Shown here: one piece after another, positions 1-12,600 of the stretch | Numbering within the stretch: position 1 is the stretch's first letter | Layout: each line of letters begins with the position of its first letter | From: Psammoneis japonica | Taxonomy: Eukaryota | DNA length: 64,000 nt | Assembly (NCBI GenBank): GCA_008632985.1 | Contig: QPGO01000012.1 | Span: forward strand, 310,001-374,000 | Direction of reading: 5' to 3' | The notes under the pieces: model-generated | The model's input: the letters and a program-made list of their open reading frames with translations, nothing else | Databases searched by the model: none | What the model was told of the DNA's origin: nothing | Position numbers and translations under genes: made by a program

Positions 1-3000
1 TGACCAGCTGAGCTGCGTGGCTCATGACACCTTCTGGGTTGCAGGGTTCTTTCACCCATGTGCATCAGAGTTCTCATTTGACATCACAAACAGGAATTGC
101 TCCTGTCATCTGGGCTGCTTTCTGTCACTCCTGCACCCATCAGTTTCCAATGGTGTGATGGTCTTGCTGCCCTGAGATGTGTGGGATGTTTTTGTTGATT
201 GGATGGCCTTGATGTTCCATGAATGAATTTGTCCACAGAATCATGGTCATTGCACCATTGACTCCCACACGTTCATCCTCTGTGCTGCTTTGGGTGTTGA
301 GCTTCTGCTGCATTTTACATGGCCTGCACTGCTCCATTGCCCATGGCCACAACTCCTCCTGTGTGGCTCTTGAAATCCAGGTGCATTGCAAATGACACAT
401 GCGCATGCCACTTGATGACTCAGAGGTTCTTCATGCTCAATGCAGCAACTTTCAGATGCTTGAGACAATGGACTGGCTTTCCCCAGTCCTTGTTGGTCAT
501 CTCACTGACTTGTGTGCACAATGCTGTGATGGTTGGGTGCACATCCATGTGGCCTCTCTTGGGCATGAGTGGTCCCTTGGCTGCCCACACACAGAATGTT
601 TTCACTTTGTCTGTTGGCAATCTCATGCTGCTGGTGTCAAATGGGTTTGCCCTGCTGGCATCATGGATGCATCTGCACTCTTGATCTCATCTGGAAACTG
701 ACCGATCATCTTGTGAATGCAGTTGGTCATGTGAACCTTTGCCTTGCACTTGTGGCTGAAGTCCAGGGTTATGTTAAGGCAATCATGCTTCTTCCCTTGT
801 GCTGCAATGACTTTCCCATGACTTTCACAAATCTTGTTTAGCCAGCTAAAAAATTTGTCATTTGCTTTGGGTTCTTGCAATCAACAACAGGTCATCCACA
901 TGGAAACGCACAGTGTGCCACTTGCCGTTGACCACTCAACTGACAATGAATGGATTGCTTGGGTTGAACTTAAACCCTGTCTTCTTCAAGTCCTTGCAAG
1001 ATTGCTTGCACCAAAGCAGAGCCACAAGCAACATGCTGCAAATGGCTCCAATGACTTGGACACAGTGATTCTCTTCCTCTTTTCCATGACCACATGTGTG
1101 GCCCATGTTGGTTGCAATCAATGATCCAGTCTTTGCCTTCCTTGGACTCTGGAATCAATGTCTGTGTAAATGCATTTGGTGCATTGGCACTCATTGTGCC
1201 ATGCCCTTTCACAGTGTCAACAATGGCTGTCATGAGGAGCATCCCTTCCAGCGATGCTGTTGGGCTGGCTCTGACTCATCCTTGTCCAGCCAATCTCTGG
1301 TTGGTTTCCCATTGCAACCATGTGCCCTTTCATGTGACCATCTTGCTTCTCCATCAGTGACATCAAGGCAATCACAGCCTTTGTCCTTTCAGTTGGAGCA
1401 ACATCTTTGACTGACATTGGTGCAAAGCACACCCTGTCATGGAGTTGTCTGGGGCCACAATCTCCTTCTCTGAGGCATCGTGCCCCCTCTGGCCAAACAC
1501 TTTGTGGCCTTCATGCATGGCAAATGCTGCTGGGCAAAGGAAGTGCCCTTTCCTGATTGGAGTTGGTTGTCAATCTCACACATAAATTGTGCCAGTGCCA
1601 TTTCTGCATTGCACTCAATGTCATCCCCTGGATTGGGACTCATGTTTGTTCATGTGTGACAGCAGCATTTGAGCCTGTTTTGTTCGTGTTCTGCTTCTGC
1701 GGTGTCTGCCACTCCTGCAAATTGAACTTTCTTCTCTCTGTGTTGCCTGATTTGATGTTGAAGGAAGCACCAATTGAGTGTTGTGCGCTCCTGGTCACTC
1801 TGCCAGGCATGACTTTTCTGCCTCTTCCTCCAATCATCTTTCTCCTTCCCATCTCTTGTCTTTTTGGGCAGGATTCATCATCTTTTTCTGACTCTTCATC
1901 TGACTCATCATCTTCACCATGTTGCTTGTGGTCTTTTTGTTCTTTGACTGCTTGGCTCTCATGCTGTTGATCGGGGCTGTGATCTGTCATCAGCCAGGAT
2001 CTTGTTTGCTTCTTCACACTCATCATCCAAGTCAGGTTTGTCTTTGTGGTTTTCATCTTCTGACTTGGTCATGCAGTTGGCATCATTGCACTTGTTTTCA
2101 TTTTCTTCTTTGTTGCTTTTGTCTTTGCTGTTGTGCAGGTTCACAGTGCAGTGGCCACCCTTGGGAATGGCTCATCTTGAAACATGGTCACAGATGTGTG
2201 CTGTCAATGCCGCACATCCATGGTGCTTGTCAGGTTGTTTTCAATGTGAGAAACAGGACAAATTCACCAAAAGCAAATTCAAAATGCTTGTCATGGTCAA
2301 GCTTTCTTCATTGCATGACAGTGTGTGAACTGTGCATGTCAGAAATTTCTTCCTTCTGAGGGTGCATGTTTGCCATGACAGTGTTCTTGATCATGGCGTG
2401 CTTGCAAATCAACCCAAGTGTCATCTTGCATGGCAGGTGGTGCACAGTGGCTCAAGTTTGCTCCTTGATGGTCTCAGTGCTCCTTGCAACTTCAGGAACA
2501 CAGTCATTGGTGTTTGCAGACATTGGGGTCACATTCAATGAAGAAGTCAATCTTGAGCAAAGCTGTGTTGTGCTGTTGCAGCATCATGTCCAGTGTGTTG
2601 TGTGCATTGACATTCTTCTTGGACCTCAGTCTCACACTTGATTGGCACTCAATCATCTTGTCAATTGCATGCAGCATCTTAAGTCCACATGCTTCCACAA
2701 TGCAAATGCAGAAGATCATGCCTTCTCTCTGTTTCTTGCGCATCTCAGGTGGGATGGTCACAATGTCATTCCTCTCATTGGAGCAACACACATGTTTGGT
2801 CTTCCCTTTTAATGCATCTGTTGGTGGACCCCAAATGGCCACCATCCTCTCCACATCTTCAGGCATGATGGACAAGACCTTTGCCTGATTTGATCATGGA
2901 AAGAGCTTGAAATCCCTCACACTGGAAATTCCAGCTTTGCAGCACACTCTGAGTGCTTGCTCAGCATTTGCTGCCTCCCTCTTGGTGCAGCCTGGGGAGC

Positions 3001-4760
3001 TCTGCTCCACCATTGGAGCTGCTGCAGTTCCAGATGTGCTCTTGTGTTTTTTGTTGCTCTTCTTCTTCTTCTTCTTCTTCTTCTTCTTCATCATCATCAT
3101 CATCTTCTTCTTCTTCTTTGACAGCATGCTGACATGTGACTTGCTTTCTTGGAGATCTTTTGCATGGTCAAAGAACTTCTGGCTTGATGCAAAGGCATGC
3201 AGCCCACAATGTTGTTCACTCTGAACACTGCAACTTGTCTTCTAGTTCTCTTGTCTGGCAGCTGGGGCTCATCCACCATTCGCTTGTCACATGTGACACA
3301 GCACTTGCTCTTTGCATCCACCAAGCTGAGGACGTTGGCCATCACATTCCATGAACTGAGCTTCACATCCCCCCATCCAGGCATGACACAGTTTTTGTCT
3401 GAAAAATCCACTCCTGCATTCATGGACAGACCAATCTTGATTTTTGCTGGCTGCACATTGTGCACCAATCTCCAGGTTGCTGTCATGCTGAGGGTGGAAC
3501 CATTGTCAAGGGTGCCAACATCTTTGTTTGCTTGGCCCATGCTTGTGTCTGATCTCTCATTGTCAGCTGCAATGATGCAGTGCTCCTGCTTTGACTGGAG
3601 TGGGTTGATTGGTCAGATCTGGTGATGTCAACACTGACATTGTTGCCATCCACCAAGGAGGCATCTTCATCTCATGTTTGTGCAAGATTTCATCCCCTTG
3701 TGTCCAGCTTCTTTTTCTAATTCTTGAGTCTCATTGTTGTTGTTGTTGTTTTTGTTGTTCATGCACTCACTGTTCCTCTTGTTGCACCTTTTGTGAGAGG
3801 ATTGTTGTCTTTGGAGTGGCCCAGTGGTGCATCCATTGCCTGACCCAGGGTCTTTGGACAGTTGTTTTTGCCAAGGCTGCAGTTCCTCACAAACTCTTCT
3901 TTGCACTCTTGCAATGGCAATTGCTGCTGTTCTCTGTGAACAGGAATGTTGTCCATGTCTTCAATGTCATCTCTTTTGGCATTCTCTGGGCTGGCAAAGC
4001 ACCGTCCTTGGTGCTCCTTGGCATTGGAAACAAGTCCATCTGGCATTCCATCTCCAAGACCTTTGCTTGCAACATGTGGCTGATTCTTGAATCTTGACTG
4101 GCAGTCATTCAGTGACTCATTCTCTTGTTGTTTCATGTCCAGTGTGTTCTGCAGGGACTTGGTGAGTGCACAGAATGGGTTTCAACCTTCAACAGCTTGG
4201 TTGGGTCATCCCCTGCTTGGGTGACTGGGATCACCTTGCACTCTCTGCTTCATCAGCTTGTGGTGTGTCAGTCATCTGCCTCACTTTGTCATTGCACTCA
4301 TGTGGCTCCACTCAGCACTGGCATTCCAGCTTTTTGTCTTCTTGCCATTTCTTTTCCAGCTTGGTTGGGTGATCCGCAGCTGTCTCAGCTGCTGGTCTGT
4401 CATTGTGGACATGTCTGAGGTTGGTTTCTCAGAAACACAGTCCTTGCATTTCAGTGTTTGAAAGATCTCACCAAATGCATGCCTTGTGTGTGCACTCCTT
4501 CTGCATGTGACAGATGATCTTCTCCTTGATGTCTTCACACATTGCATTGTGAGTGTTGCCATTCAGTGATGAAGGACAGAACTTCATCTCAGGCTGAAAC
4601 ACTTCTTGGCATTGGTCTTCTTCTTCTGGTTCTCAGAAGACCTGCGACTCTTGTCACCTCTTCTGCAACCATGTCCTTGGCCTTGGTTGTCAGATCCACC
4701 ACTTCCTCTGCCACTCATTGTGCAGGCACTCAGCACTCAACCAACTGCGGGTGAAGCAGT
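1..4760 (-). mobile_element. Highly degenerate Ty1/Copia (CoDi-like) LTR retrotransposon relic (gag-protease-integrase-RT-RNase H fragments)
   Basis: Minus-strand fragments in Copia order: gag-like (3600-4560), protease-like LDNGSTLS (~3500), integrase-region EDVERMVAIWGP..ALKGKT (2504-2875), RT-like fragments (~620-1430, e.g. LKKTGFKFNP) and RNase H ILWTNSFMEHQGHPINKNI (140-406). Many frameshifts; LTRs not identified. Confidence 0.8.
3058..3119. repeat. Compound trinucleotide microsatellite (TTC)n(ATC)n(TTC)n
   Basis: Directly visible; reads poly-K/M on the minus strand inside the Copia relic. Confidence 0.9.
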
Positions 4761-5479
4761 GTTGCAAAGCACCAAACATGGTGCCAGTGGCGGCTCTTTG
4801 GAGTGAACATTGAACCAGCAAGTCAAGGTCACCAAAAGGGAATCCTGTTGGGCTTCCTGTGCTGCTTGCTTCTTGTTGCTCTTGCCTTGGCCACATGCAG
4901 TGGCCATGGGTTGCCCAGAAGTTGTGGATGCAAACTTGTGATGCAACAGACACCCAGTGGCTCCAATCAAGAAAATTGCACCACAAACCAGTGATTTGCT
5001 TCACAAAGAATGAGATCAGCTGAAAGGTGAGAAAGATCAATGATGATGAAATCCTGATCACAAAGAGTCACTGAATCTGTCATGTCAGGAGCCATGGCAT
5101 TTTTTCTTCAATGCATCTTAATCTGGGTCTCTCACATTTCCCATCTTCTGAATGTTCCAACAAGGGGAGGATGTGCCCCAGCTGTGCACAAACCAAAGTG
5201 TGCACAAAAACAGCATTTGTGCAATTTTTGCACAGTCGCTGACTTTGGCCAAGCTTTTGCCACCAAAAGCACAGATTTGTCCAAATGTTTGTGTTTTGCA
5301 ACACTGACAAGACTGTCACATTGGTGTTGCAACATCATCATTTTTGTGCTGTCAATGTTTTTCATTCTTGCAACAAACCATCTGCAACACAGAAGAAATC
5401 ATGTTGAAGCTTTGCAAGCACCAAATGTTTGCACATCAACATGGAACACTCATTTGTGATTCTTTCCAGCAGGCATTCT

Positions 5480-6549
5480 GTCAGTGAAGGCTTCATTGCA
5501 CCCAATGCAATGTCGTGCAATCAGCACTGGCTCTGCTGGGGAATTTGTGATGAGGATTTGAGTGCCACCAAAAAATGTCATTTGACTGTCCATGCTCTGG
5601 ACACCTGTGAAAGCCCATCTGCACAAGCATTTTCCATTGGCACTCTTCATGCACAAGCAACACATGTCATTTGTGTTCAAATGGAGTGTCATTTTGTGCA
5701 TCACCTGGGGCTGCAGCACATCAGAGAGGCCACAAGAACATGTCAATGATGAAGAAGTGTGCTCCTCTTGTTGCACTTTTTAGAGCCCTTTGCTCCCAAA
5801 TCACCCACACATTTCCTGGGGATCACCCAACAGTGTGAGGGGATTGCCCAACTGCCAGACCCATGTGGGAGCTCTCTTCAAAAGAGCACCAGCTCATTTT
5901 TTTTTCCAGGGCATCAGAGCATGGTGTGGTGTCACCTGTTTGTTCCCATGCTTCCCCTTGTGTTTTCTGGAGGTTTTTGTCACAGAGTGCAGGTGGCACG
6001 AGCCACAAGCCAAAGAGCTCCCCACAGACTGGCTGCAGTGGACAACATGTGTGCTGGCAAGAAAGAGTGAGAAGAAGATCTCAGAGAGATCGTCATGTCA
6101 TTTGCCTGCACATTTGGTGCCAGGTTTCAAGAAAGAATTCCAACAGCATGTTTAATTGTCAGATTTTTGGCAGCCTTGCACCATGATTCTGTCGAGTTTG
6201 GAGGTGCATCGACTGTTTTGAACCGTCTTTGCCTGCCGACGACACTTTATTGACGCATCCTCCGACTCGCACATTTAATCATATGCAGACAGGTGGCCAC
6301 ATGGCCACTGCGCTGAATGCGGGCCGAACTCATCTAGTTAGGTTGAGCGCATTTTGCAGATAAATTGTGACAGCATCATACTTTCTTCTACTGCCTTTAC
6401 TTCTATTCCCCTCTACCCCAGAGCTGCTTCTAGCATTGGAACCGAGGATGTCCAACAAAGAACCCCTGGCATACGATCATATCTCAACAAGCTGCCCTAA
6501 CAGAGGTGGTCACGAGGAAAGTTTGGCGGAAGCTACAGGGGCATTAGGT
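5480..6549. repeat. Partial spacer/3' flank of the kinase tandem unit (copy 1)
   Basis: Homologous to ~26790-27975 and ~52790-53998 (e.g. caatcagcactggctctgctggggaatttgtga...; catgtttaattgtcagatttttggc). Confidence 0.9.
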
Positions 6550-9060
6550 TCATGCACCGTCGACACATGCTGCGATAGTGGACTTCATTTTCCAGTGACG
6601 AACAGTCGAAAGGTCAATGCCGAGGAGCACCAAGCTCGCGCTAGGTCTGTCTTTGTACTCTTTGCATAATTCTGAGAGCTCATCAATGGTTGTCTGTCGG
6701 CGATAATCAAAAGCCTTGTCTCCTTTTCCAAGTCTCGCCTTGAACTCGGGCCATGGAACTGGGTTTTGTTCACGCAACGCGTACACCGTGAAAAGCAAGG
6801 ATGCAATGTCATGCTTGGCTGAGGGCTTCCAGGACTGTTTGTTAGCCTTACCATGAACCTCTGCGTGTGCAAATGGAAGCGATCCACGGAAGCCAATTGC
6901 ATCTTCATTTCCCAGCGCCGCACACCCCCAGTCAATTAGAATGAACCTAGCACCGTCAAACATGACGTTACGTGGCGAAAGATCCAAGTGGTAAACATCC
7001 TTTTTGTGTGAGAACGACAAAGCATTTGACATATCCGACCACAATGAGAGCAGAGTCTGTGATTTGTTAGGGCTCGACATCAAAATGGTAAGAGCTGGTC
7101 TGCCTCTCGGAGTCATCAACAAGGCAGGAACTGTGGCTGTCGTGTCTCGAACCAAGTATTCGACGAGCCCAAAGCCTTGGACTTCGGGGATGTACTGGCA
7201 TGTTCCGTACCGGGCCAAAGCACGAAGTGCCATGAGCTCTCGCTCTATTTGTCGTACTTTACCATTTGCAGACGCTTTTACAAATATTTTGTTGTTGTCC
7301 CCAGCAACCGCGTAAACAACGCCATGTGAGCCAGAGCCCAGCAGCTGACCAACTGAATGTCGGACAGAGACCCCGTTTGAGCTGCGTTTTCCAATAAAGG
7401 TTGCGCTTTGTGCCTCTGAACCAAAAAACGATATGCCAAGATCCTCATCCTCTGAGTGTAGAAGCTCCCACAAGCGACGCATGCCCTCTGGTACATGAGA
7501 GCCAGGGGCGGAAAATACACTCTCTGATGAGAACAGTCGAGGCTTGAGATATATCTTGTCGGAGTTATCAGTAACAAGGGCGTCGAAGGCAGCTTCATCA
7601 ACCAGAGGCCACAATGCAGTCCGATTGAACTTCAACTCCGCACCTGCGGTCCCCATCCCAACCAACTCCAAGGATATTACCTGAAGGTAGACTGGCGTTA
7701 CTATCAAACCAACATGTTTTGAGTTGACGCCTACATCCCCAATGTCAAAGGCCACCAAAGCCCTTTTTGCCAGATGCCCGCAAACTTGTTTTGATACTTG
7801 GTCGTGCAAAACTTGAGCATTTTGACCCGCTCGACGAACGTTCTTGACCTCTTTGACCAACGAAATTTCCTGATTCAGCAGCACAGGTGTGAACGGATTG
7901 AGGTGGTTGGACTCAAAGTCGACAAATCGTTTTGGACCCAACTGAGATGGAGGCATGTAGCGCTCGCGTCGTAGGTCGGATCTGCCATGCAAAGAGCCAT
8001 CACTGTCTCGAATCTGAGATAAGGCACGGAGAAGTGCACCAACGATCGGCTGGACAGCATCTTTCTCTGTCGCAACGGCAGTCGGGAAATGTTTTTTAGA
8101 AAAAAAGCGCTCGGGCTTTTGGTCTGCCCACTCGAGGATCGCCTTTACAGTGTTGTTGACAAGTGTAGGCCTTTTTTTCAACGCCTTGGCGTCGACCTTC
8201 GCTGACTTTTCGACCAGACGGCACCAAGCCTTGGAAAAGAGTTCAAGTTCATCGGTTTGTTGGGGTGCTTTTGATGGCCACCATGGTTGAATTTGTTCGG
8301 ACGACCCGAGAAAGTTATGCAGGTTTTCTTGTGACTTTGATGGACTCGGGATGTGCAGGCCTCGCATCATTTCGCGATAGTCGCTGTCGGATATCTCGTT
8401 TTCATCATCTATTGTACGTGTCCCCGTTTCAGTTTTGTTCGACAAAGCAGCATATGCTTTCAAATCATCGCGAATTTCCTTGATTTTGTTGCATATTTCG
8501 TCGATCGGGATTCGGCACGTTTCGTCATACAAACGATAAACCCGCTCCCAGCAAAACGGGGACTCCTTCATCATCTGATGGTTTTCGTTGACCCAGTTCT
8601 GCAAAGGAGACACGTCAAGGCCGAGATAAGTCGGTGATGAAGGTCCAAGTGGGCCTCTACGCAGCGTTTGAAGAAGCTCCTCGGCAATTTCCGGAGTTGG
8701 CGCTTCTTCGGATGCCACCTTGCCGATTGCTGCAAGCGTTTCACGAGCAGTCTCCTGTCTATTTTTCCAAACCGCCAGCGTTCCGACCATTTTACGCTCC
8801 TCCAATTCGTTGAGAAACATAATGCTGCTACTCACCCCCGATGTAACCACGCCCGCTTCGTCGGCTTTGCGCTTCCTCGCCGACGCATTAGCAGCAACAT
8901 GACCGATACTCGGACGATGATTGGTTGAATTCGCAGCTGCGTCGTCGCCGTTGCCCGCCGCTGCGCTGCTACTGGACGGTTCTATTAGCGCCGCCGCTGA
9001 GGCAGCCATTAGTGCTGCTTCCTGGGGAGATGAAGAATCCACAGGCTGGATCATGGCCAT
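6550..9060 (-). CDS. REase-fold + protein kinase protein (Crinkler/CR-effector-like), copy 1, intact 836 aa
   Basis: Kinase motifs GSGSHGVVY (Gly loop), FVKA (beta3 Lys), RE (alphaC), HLDLSPRNVM (catalytic loop), IDWG (DFG), GSLPFA, HDIASL. Upstream TEKDAVQ..RERY..FVDF..KEVKN..KQVCGHL matches the PD-(D/E)xK pattern. Normal TpA/CpG content. Confidence 0.9.
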   Translation of the reverse strand: MAMIQPVDSSSPQEAALMAASAAALIEPSSSSAAAGNGDDAAANSTNHRPSIGHVAANASARKRKADEAGVVTSGVSSSIMFLNELEERKMVGTLAVWKNRQETARETLAAIGKVASEEAPTPEIAEELLQTLRRGPLGPSSPTYLGLDVSPLQNWVNENHQMMKESPFCWERVYRLYDETCRIPIDEICNKIKEIRDDLKAYAALSNKTETGTRTIDDENEISDSDYREMMRGLHIPSPSKSQENLHNFLGSSEQIQPWWPSKAPQQTDELELFSKAWCRLVEKSAKVDAKALKKRPTLVNNTVKAILEWADQKPERFFSKKHFPTAVATEKDAVQPIVGALLRALSQIRDSDGSLHGRSDLRRERYMPPSQLGPKRFVDFESNHLNPFTPVLLNQEISLVKEVKNVRRAGQNAQVLHDQVSKQVCGHLAKRALVAFDIGDVGVNSKHVGLIVTPVYLQVISLELVGMGTAGAELKFNRTALWPLVDEAAFDALVTDNSDKIYLKPRLFSSESVFSAPGSHVPEGMRRLWELLHSEDEDLGISFFGSEAQSATFIGKRSSNGVSVRHSVGQLLGSGSHGVVYAVAGDNNKIFVKASANGKVRQIERELMALRALARYGTCQYIPEVQGFGLVEYLVRDTTATVPALLMTPRGRPALTILMSSPNKSQTLLSLWSDMSNALSFSHKKDVYHLDLSPRNVMFDGARFILIDWGCAALGNEDAIGFRGSLPFAHAEVHGKANKQSWKPSAKHDIASLLFTVYALREQNPVPWPEFKARLGKGDKAFDYRRQTTIDELSELCKEYKDRPSASLVLLGIDLSTVRHWKMKSTIAACVDGA

Positions 9061-9223
9061 GGTTTAATAGCCCTGCTCCCTACTTGGAGAGTGGAGAGCT
9101 GTCGAAATTGAAAATGGAATCAGCATGCGCGTGGAGCGCGCGCGTGGAGCCACTCTTTCGACTTCCGAGTTTTTCGCGAGACCTGGAAGTTTTCGTTTTT
9201 CAGGCACGTCGTGTCGTTCGGTC

Positions 9224-9449
9224 CGAGTAAATCTAGCTGCCGGATGGGCTCAGCCACTCACAGTCTTAGCATGATAGCGCGAATACAACTAATAAGATGC
9301 TTCTAGGCCTGTTGCAACTACAATGGATGCAACAAGTGAAGACCATTCTGCGGTCATCGGCGTGTCACCCCCTGCGTGCCACATCACAGTTTCTCCACAG
9401 CACCTCCTGGAGCACACTGGGCAGTCCCTGATGCATCGGATTTCATTCG
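9224..9449 (-). repeat. 3' LTR of Copia element
   Basis: Direct repeat of 15871-16094. Confidence 0.92.
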
Positions 9450-9634
9450 GTCCCCTCGAAATGTACCTGACTCGTAAGGCGCAATTCGATCCTATGTTGT
9501 GTCAGTGGTCCAACCCAAACAATCTTGACTTGTCGATCGATGTAAAAACCCTTGCTGGGGAAAAGCCGCCAATTCCTGAGCATGGTGCAAACCCTCGCTG
9601 GGGAAGAAACTCACCACCGCTCCACACATCCATC

Positions 9635-12600
9635 TCAATGCGTGAACTTGTCTAACAGAAAATTCCGTCTGACAGACGACACAACCTTTGTGAACAGATC
9701 GCCCAGGTTTGTCTCTGTTCCCTCCTTTGCAATCCTGACAGTCCCCGCAGCAACGGCTTCGCGGTTGCGGTGATGTGCAATGGAGTGATGCTTCTTCTTG
9801 AGTGTAGACTCAGGAACAGAGCAATTCTTGTAGATGGCCTCATTGTCACAGAAGACATTTGTTGGCCCTTTGATCGGCACCCCAAACATTCGAAGCTTGC
9901 ACCGCAAACCCTCCACGAGCTCGATGGCATTCTTGAGTGCGACGATCTCAGCCCCAAATGTGCCAGCCTCCACGGCATTCTGACGCTTCGAGTGCCACAC
10001 GATGGGTGCCCGATTGATGAACATCAAGATGCCTGTGTGGCTGCGATGATCGGCAACATTTCCGGCATGGTCAGCATCCACAGAACAATGTGTCGACACC
10101 ACATTGCCTCGAGCTGGCGGTGCATTTGTCGGAATGGCTTCTCTTGCATCTCGGCAGAAGTCGTGCCAGTCGCATTTCACGAATCGCGATTCATCGATCT
10201 TGGGATGAGCCGGATCAAATGCCGCTTGGCGCTTTGGAACCTGTTTGAGGTGTGCAAAGACATGCAACACCTGTTCCAGATGACCAATGTGAGGAAGAGC
10301 GAGGTGAGCACACATTGACGAAACCTCCAAATGGATGTCTACTCTGCCGAGTTCCACAGCCCAAACCAGCACACCAATCAGCTCTTGACAGCAGTGAAGT
10401 CCTTCAGCATCCAACTCACCAGCAGTGTCTGGCTCGGGTTTGCATCCACTGCTCAGTGGGGTTGTCGCCTTGCTTTCCCCTCCTTGCCAAGCCTGTCCTC
10501 TACATTTTGGACAGCGGCCTTGCAGCACTTCTCCGCAGACATTGCCCAACAGGTGGTCCCATCGGCTAAAGTCATCTTGGAAAGCGCAGCACCGAGATGA
10601 GAATCCAGCTCGGCTGCCTTGTCACCCTTGAGCTTGAACTTGGACCTGATGCCATCCATCGTCTTCATGGGTTCGTGACCAATCGACAGCACATCGTCCA
10701 CATAAACTAGAGCACATTCGCAGCACTCAAATCCGTCGGGTTTCACCGCAGGTCACATCCATGCATCCGGATCAGCCTTGCTGCCCTGCAAAAGAACTCT
10801 GGAAAACCAAATTTACGTAGAAGCAGTGCCAGGGACCCTGTGCAATTGCCAAAAAAGTCCGGAATGTCCAGAAACTGCGCAGAATCCAGTGTAGAATCAG
10901 TGCCAGGGATGTCAAAAAATCACGAAATTCTGGACTTGTTTGGTGTTTCTACAGGGGACCTGGTGCTGCTTCTACGTAAATTTGTCATTCCGAGGGGGGC
11001 AGCTTGCTCGGTTTGTGCCCTGGATCATAAAGCGTCTCCGCTGGAAATGCCCTGAACGCTGCTCCGGAGCTCTTCAATCCACACAGGGCTCTGACCACAA
11101 TCATGATGCAACCTTCATCCTTGCCAAACTCGGAACCTGCTCTGGTCCAAATCTTCTCCCTGCAAGGGGCAGCAAGGTGGGCGTTCTGGGTGTCACATGC
11201 AAAGACTTGCAAGTCATTGAGTGCAGCAAGCGTCAGTGCAATCCTCACCAAATCCCAAGAGACGACAGAGGAGCAAGTGACATGTGTGGGGGGTTCAGTG
11301 GTGTGGCCTCCAGCCACCATGCGAGCTTTACGGCGGAAGTTTTTTCTCCCAATTTGATGTCAAAAATCATGTGACACTTCACTTCCTGGAAACCAGGTGC
11401 CATGTCCTCAAGCTCCCCTTCATGCTTGTCAAAAGCAACCCACACATTCTTCATCTCCATGCAAATGGCATCCCACCATAGGGTGTTGCCATTTGCGCGA
11501 TCGATCTGGATCGCCTCCTCGACACTCTTTGGGATCCGCATGCCAAATTTGTGTGTCCGAAGCCAACACTTTGACTTGACCTTCGCAATGGAACGCTCAC
11601 GGGTTTTCATGACATGAGGGACCCACCAAGCAAACGCTGCCTCATTTGAGATCTTGCGCTGAATGGCAAACTCGGCAACTTGGACTGGGAAGCTCTCCTT
11701 TGCAATCTTCAAGTCGATCCAAGTCGTGCTTCCATCCTTCCATTGGAACAGGAGTTCCCATCCTTTGGCAGTCTTGCGCCTCTTCCGAACGCCTTGCTCG
11801 GTCTCAAAGAATTCGGATTCAGGAACGTCCCCGTTGGCACGGCAATCAACGATCTCATCAAACAAGACATGCCGGTTCCCGTCCTCGTCAATCTGAGCAA
11901 ACACATTCATGACGATGGAGTTAGCAGAGAGCGCAGCATGGTGCCCATCAGGGTGCTCTACCTCATACATCCTTGTGTCAAGGATGGGATTGTCATTGGC
12001 TGTTCCTGTTGGAATGCCATTGGCATCTCTCAACCTCTTCGTGACACAAGCAAACTCAGGACCATTGTCATCTCTTGGAAGCGCAACTTCCATGTTAAGG
12101 CATCCCCAGTCCACCGCTTCCGGTGAGGCTTCCTCGTCTTTCTTGTCGTCATCATCATTTGTCACCTCCTCTGAGGACATGACGCGATCACACTCATCGA
12201 GGAATTCATCGTCGCATCCAAGGCAGTCTTTCCAGTCTTCGGGACCAATCTTGCAATCCTCGTCATCGGGGAAGTCTTGCTCCTTCAACCGGCGCTTGAT
12301 CTCCTCGTCAAAACTGTCAAACTTTGCCTTTTTCTCTTGAGCAGCGGCTTCTAAATTGGTGACTCGTTGAACAGAAGTTCTCGAAATAACACTGCCTGTC
12401 TGTGTCAGAACGCAGTGCGACATGAGACTCCCTGTTCTGTGAGACACACCAAGCCACCTACCGAGCTTCTCGTCCCCTGGACCGGCATTCTCCCTGCACC
12501 AAACCCAATCATAAAATCCAAAGTCAAGGCACTCCGAGATGTCCACGGTCTCTCCGAGAATGTTCTCTAGTGGCACTCCAGCATCCAAATGATGTGCTCC

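Noticed and set aside
6367..6669. Recurrent ~100-aa plus-strand ORF with a hydrophobic N-terminus (MTASYFLLLPLLL..) opposite each kinase 3' end
   Set aside because: It starts at GTG, overlaps the kinase antisense, and is conserved only because the whole unit is duplicated.
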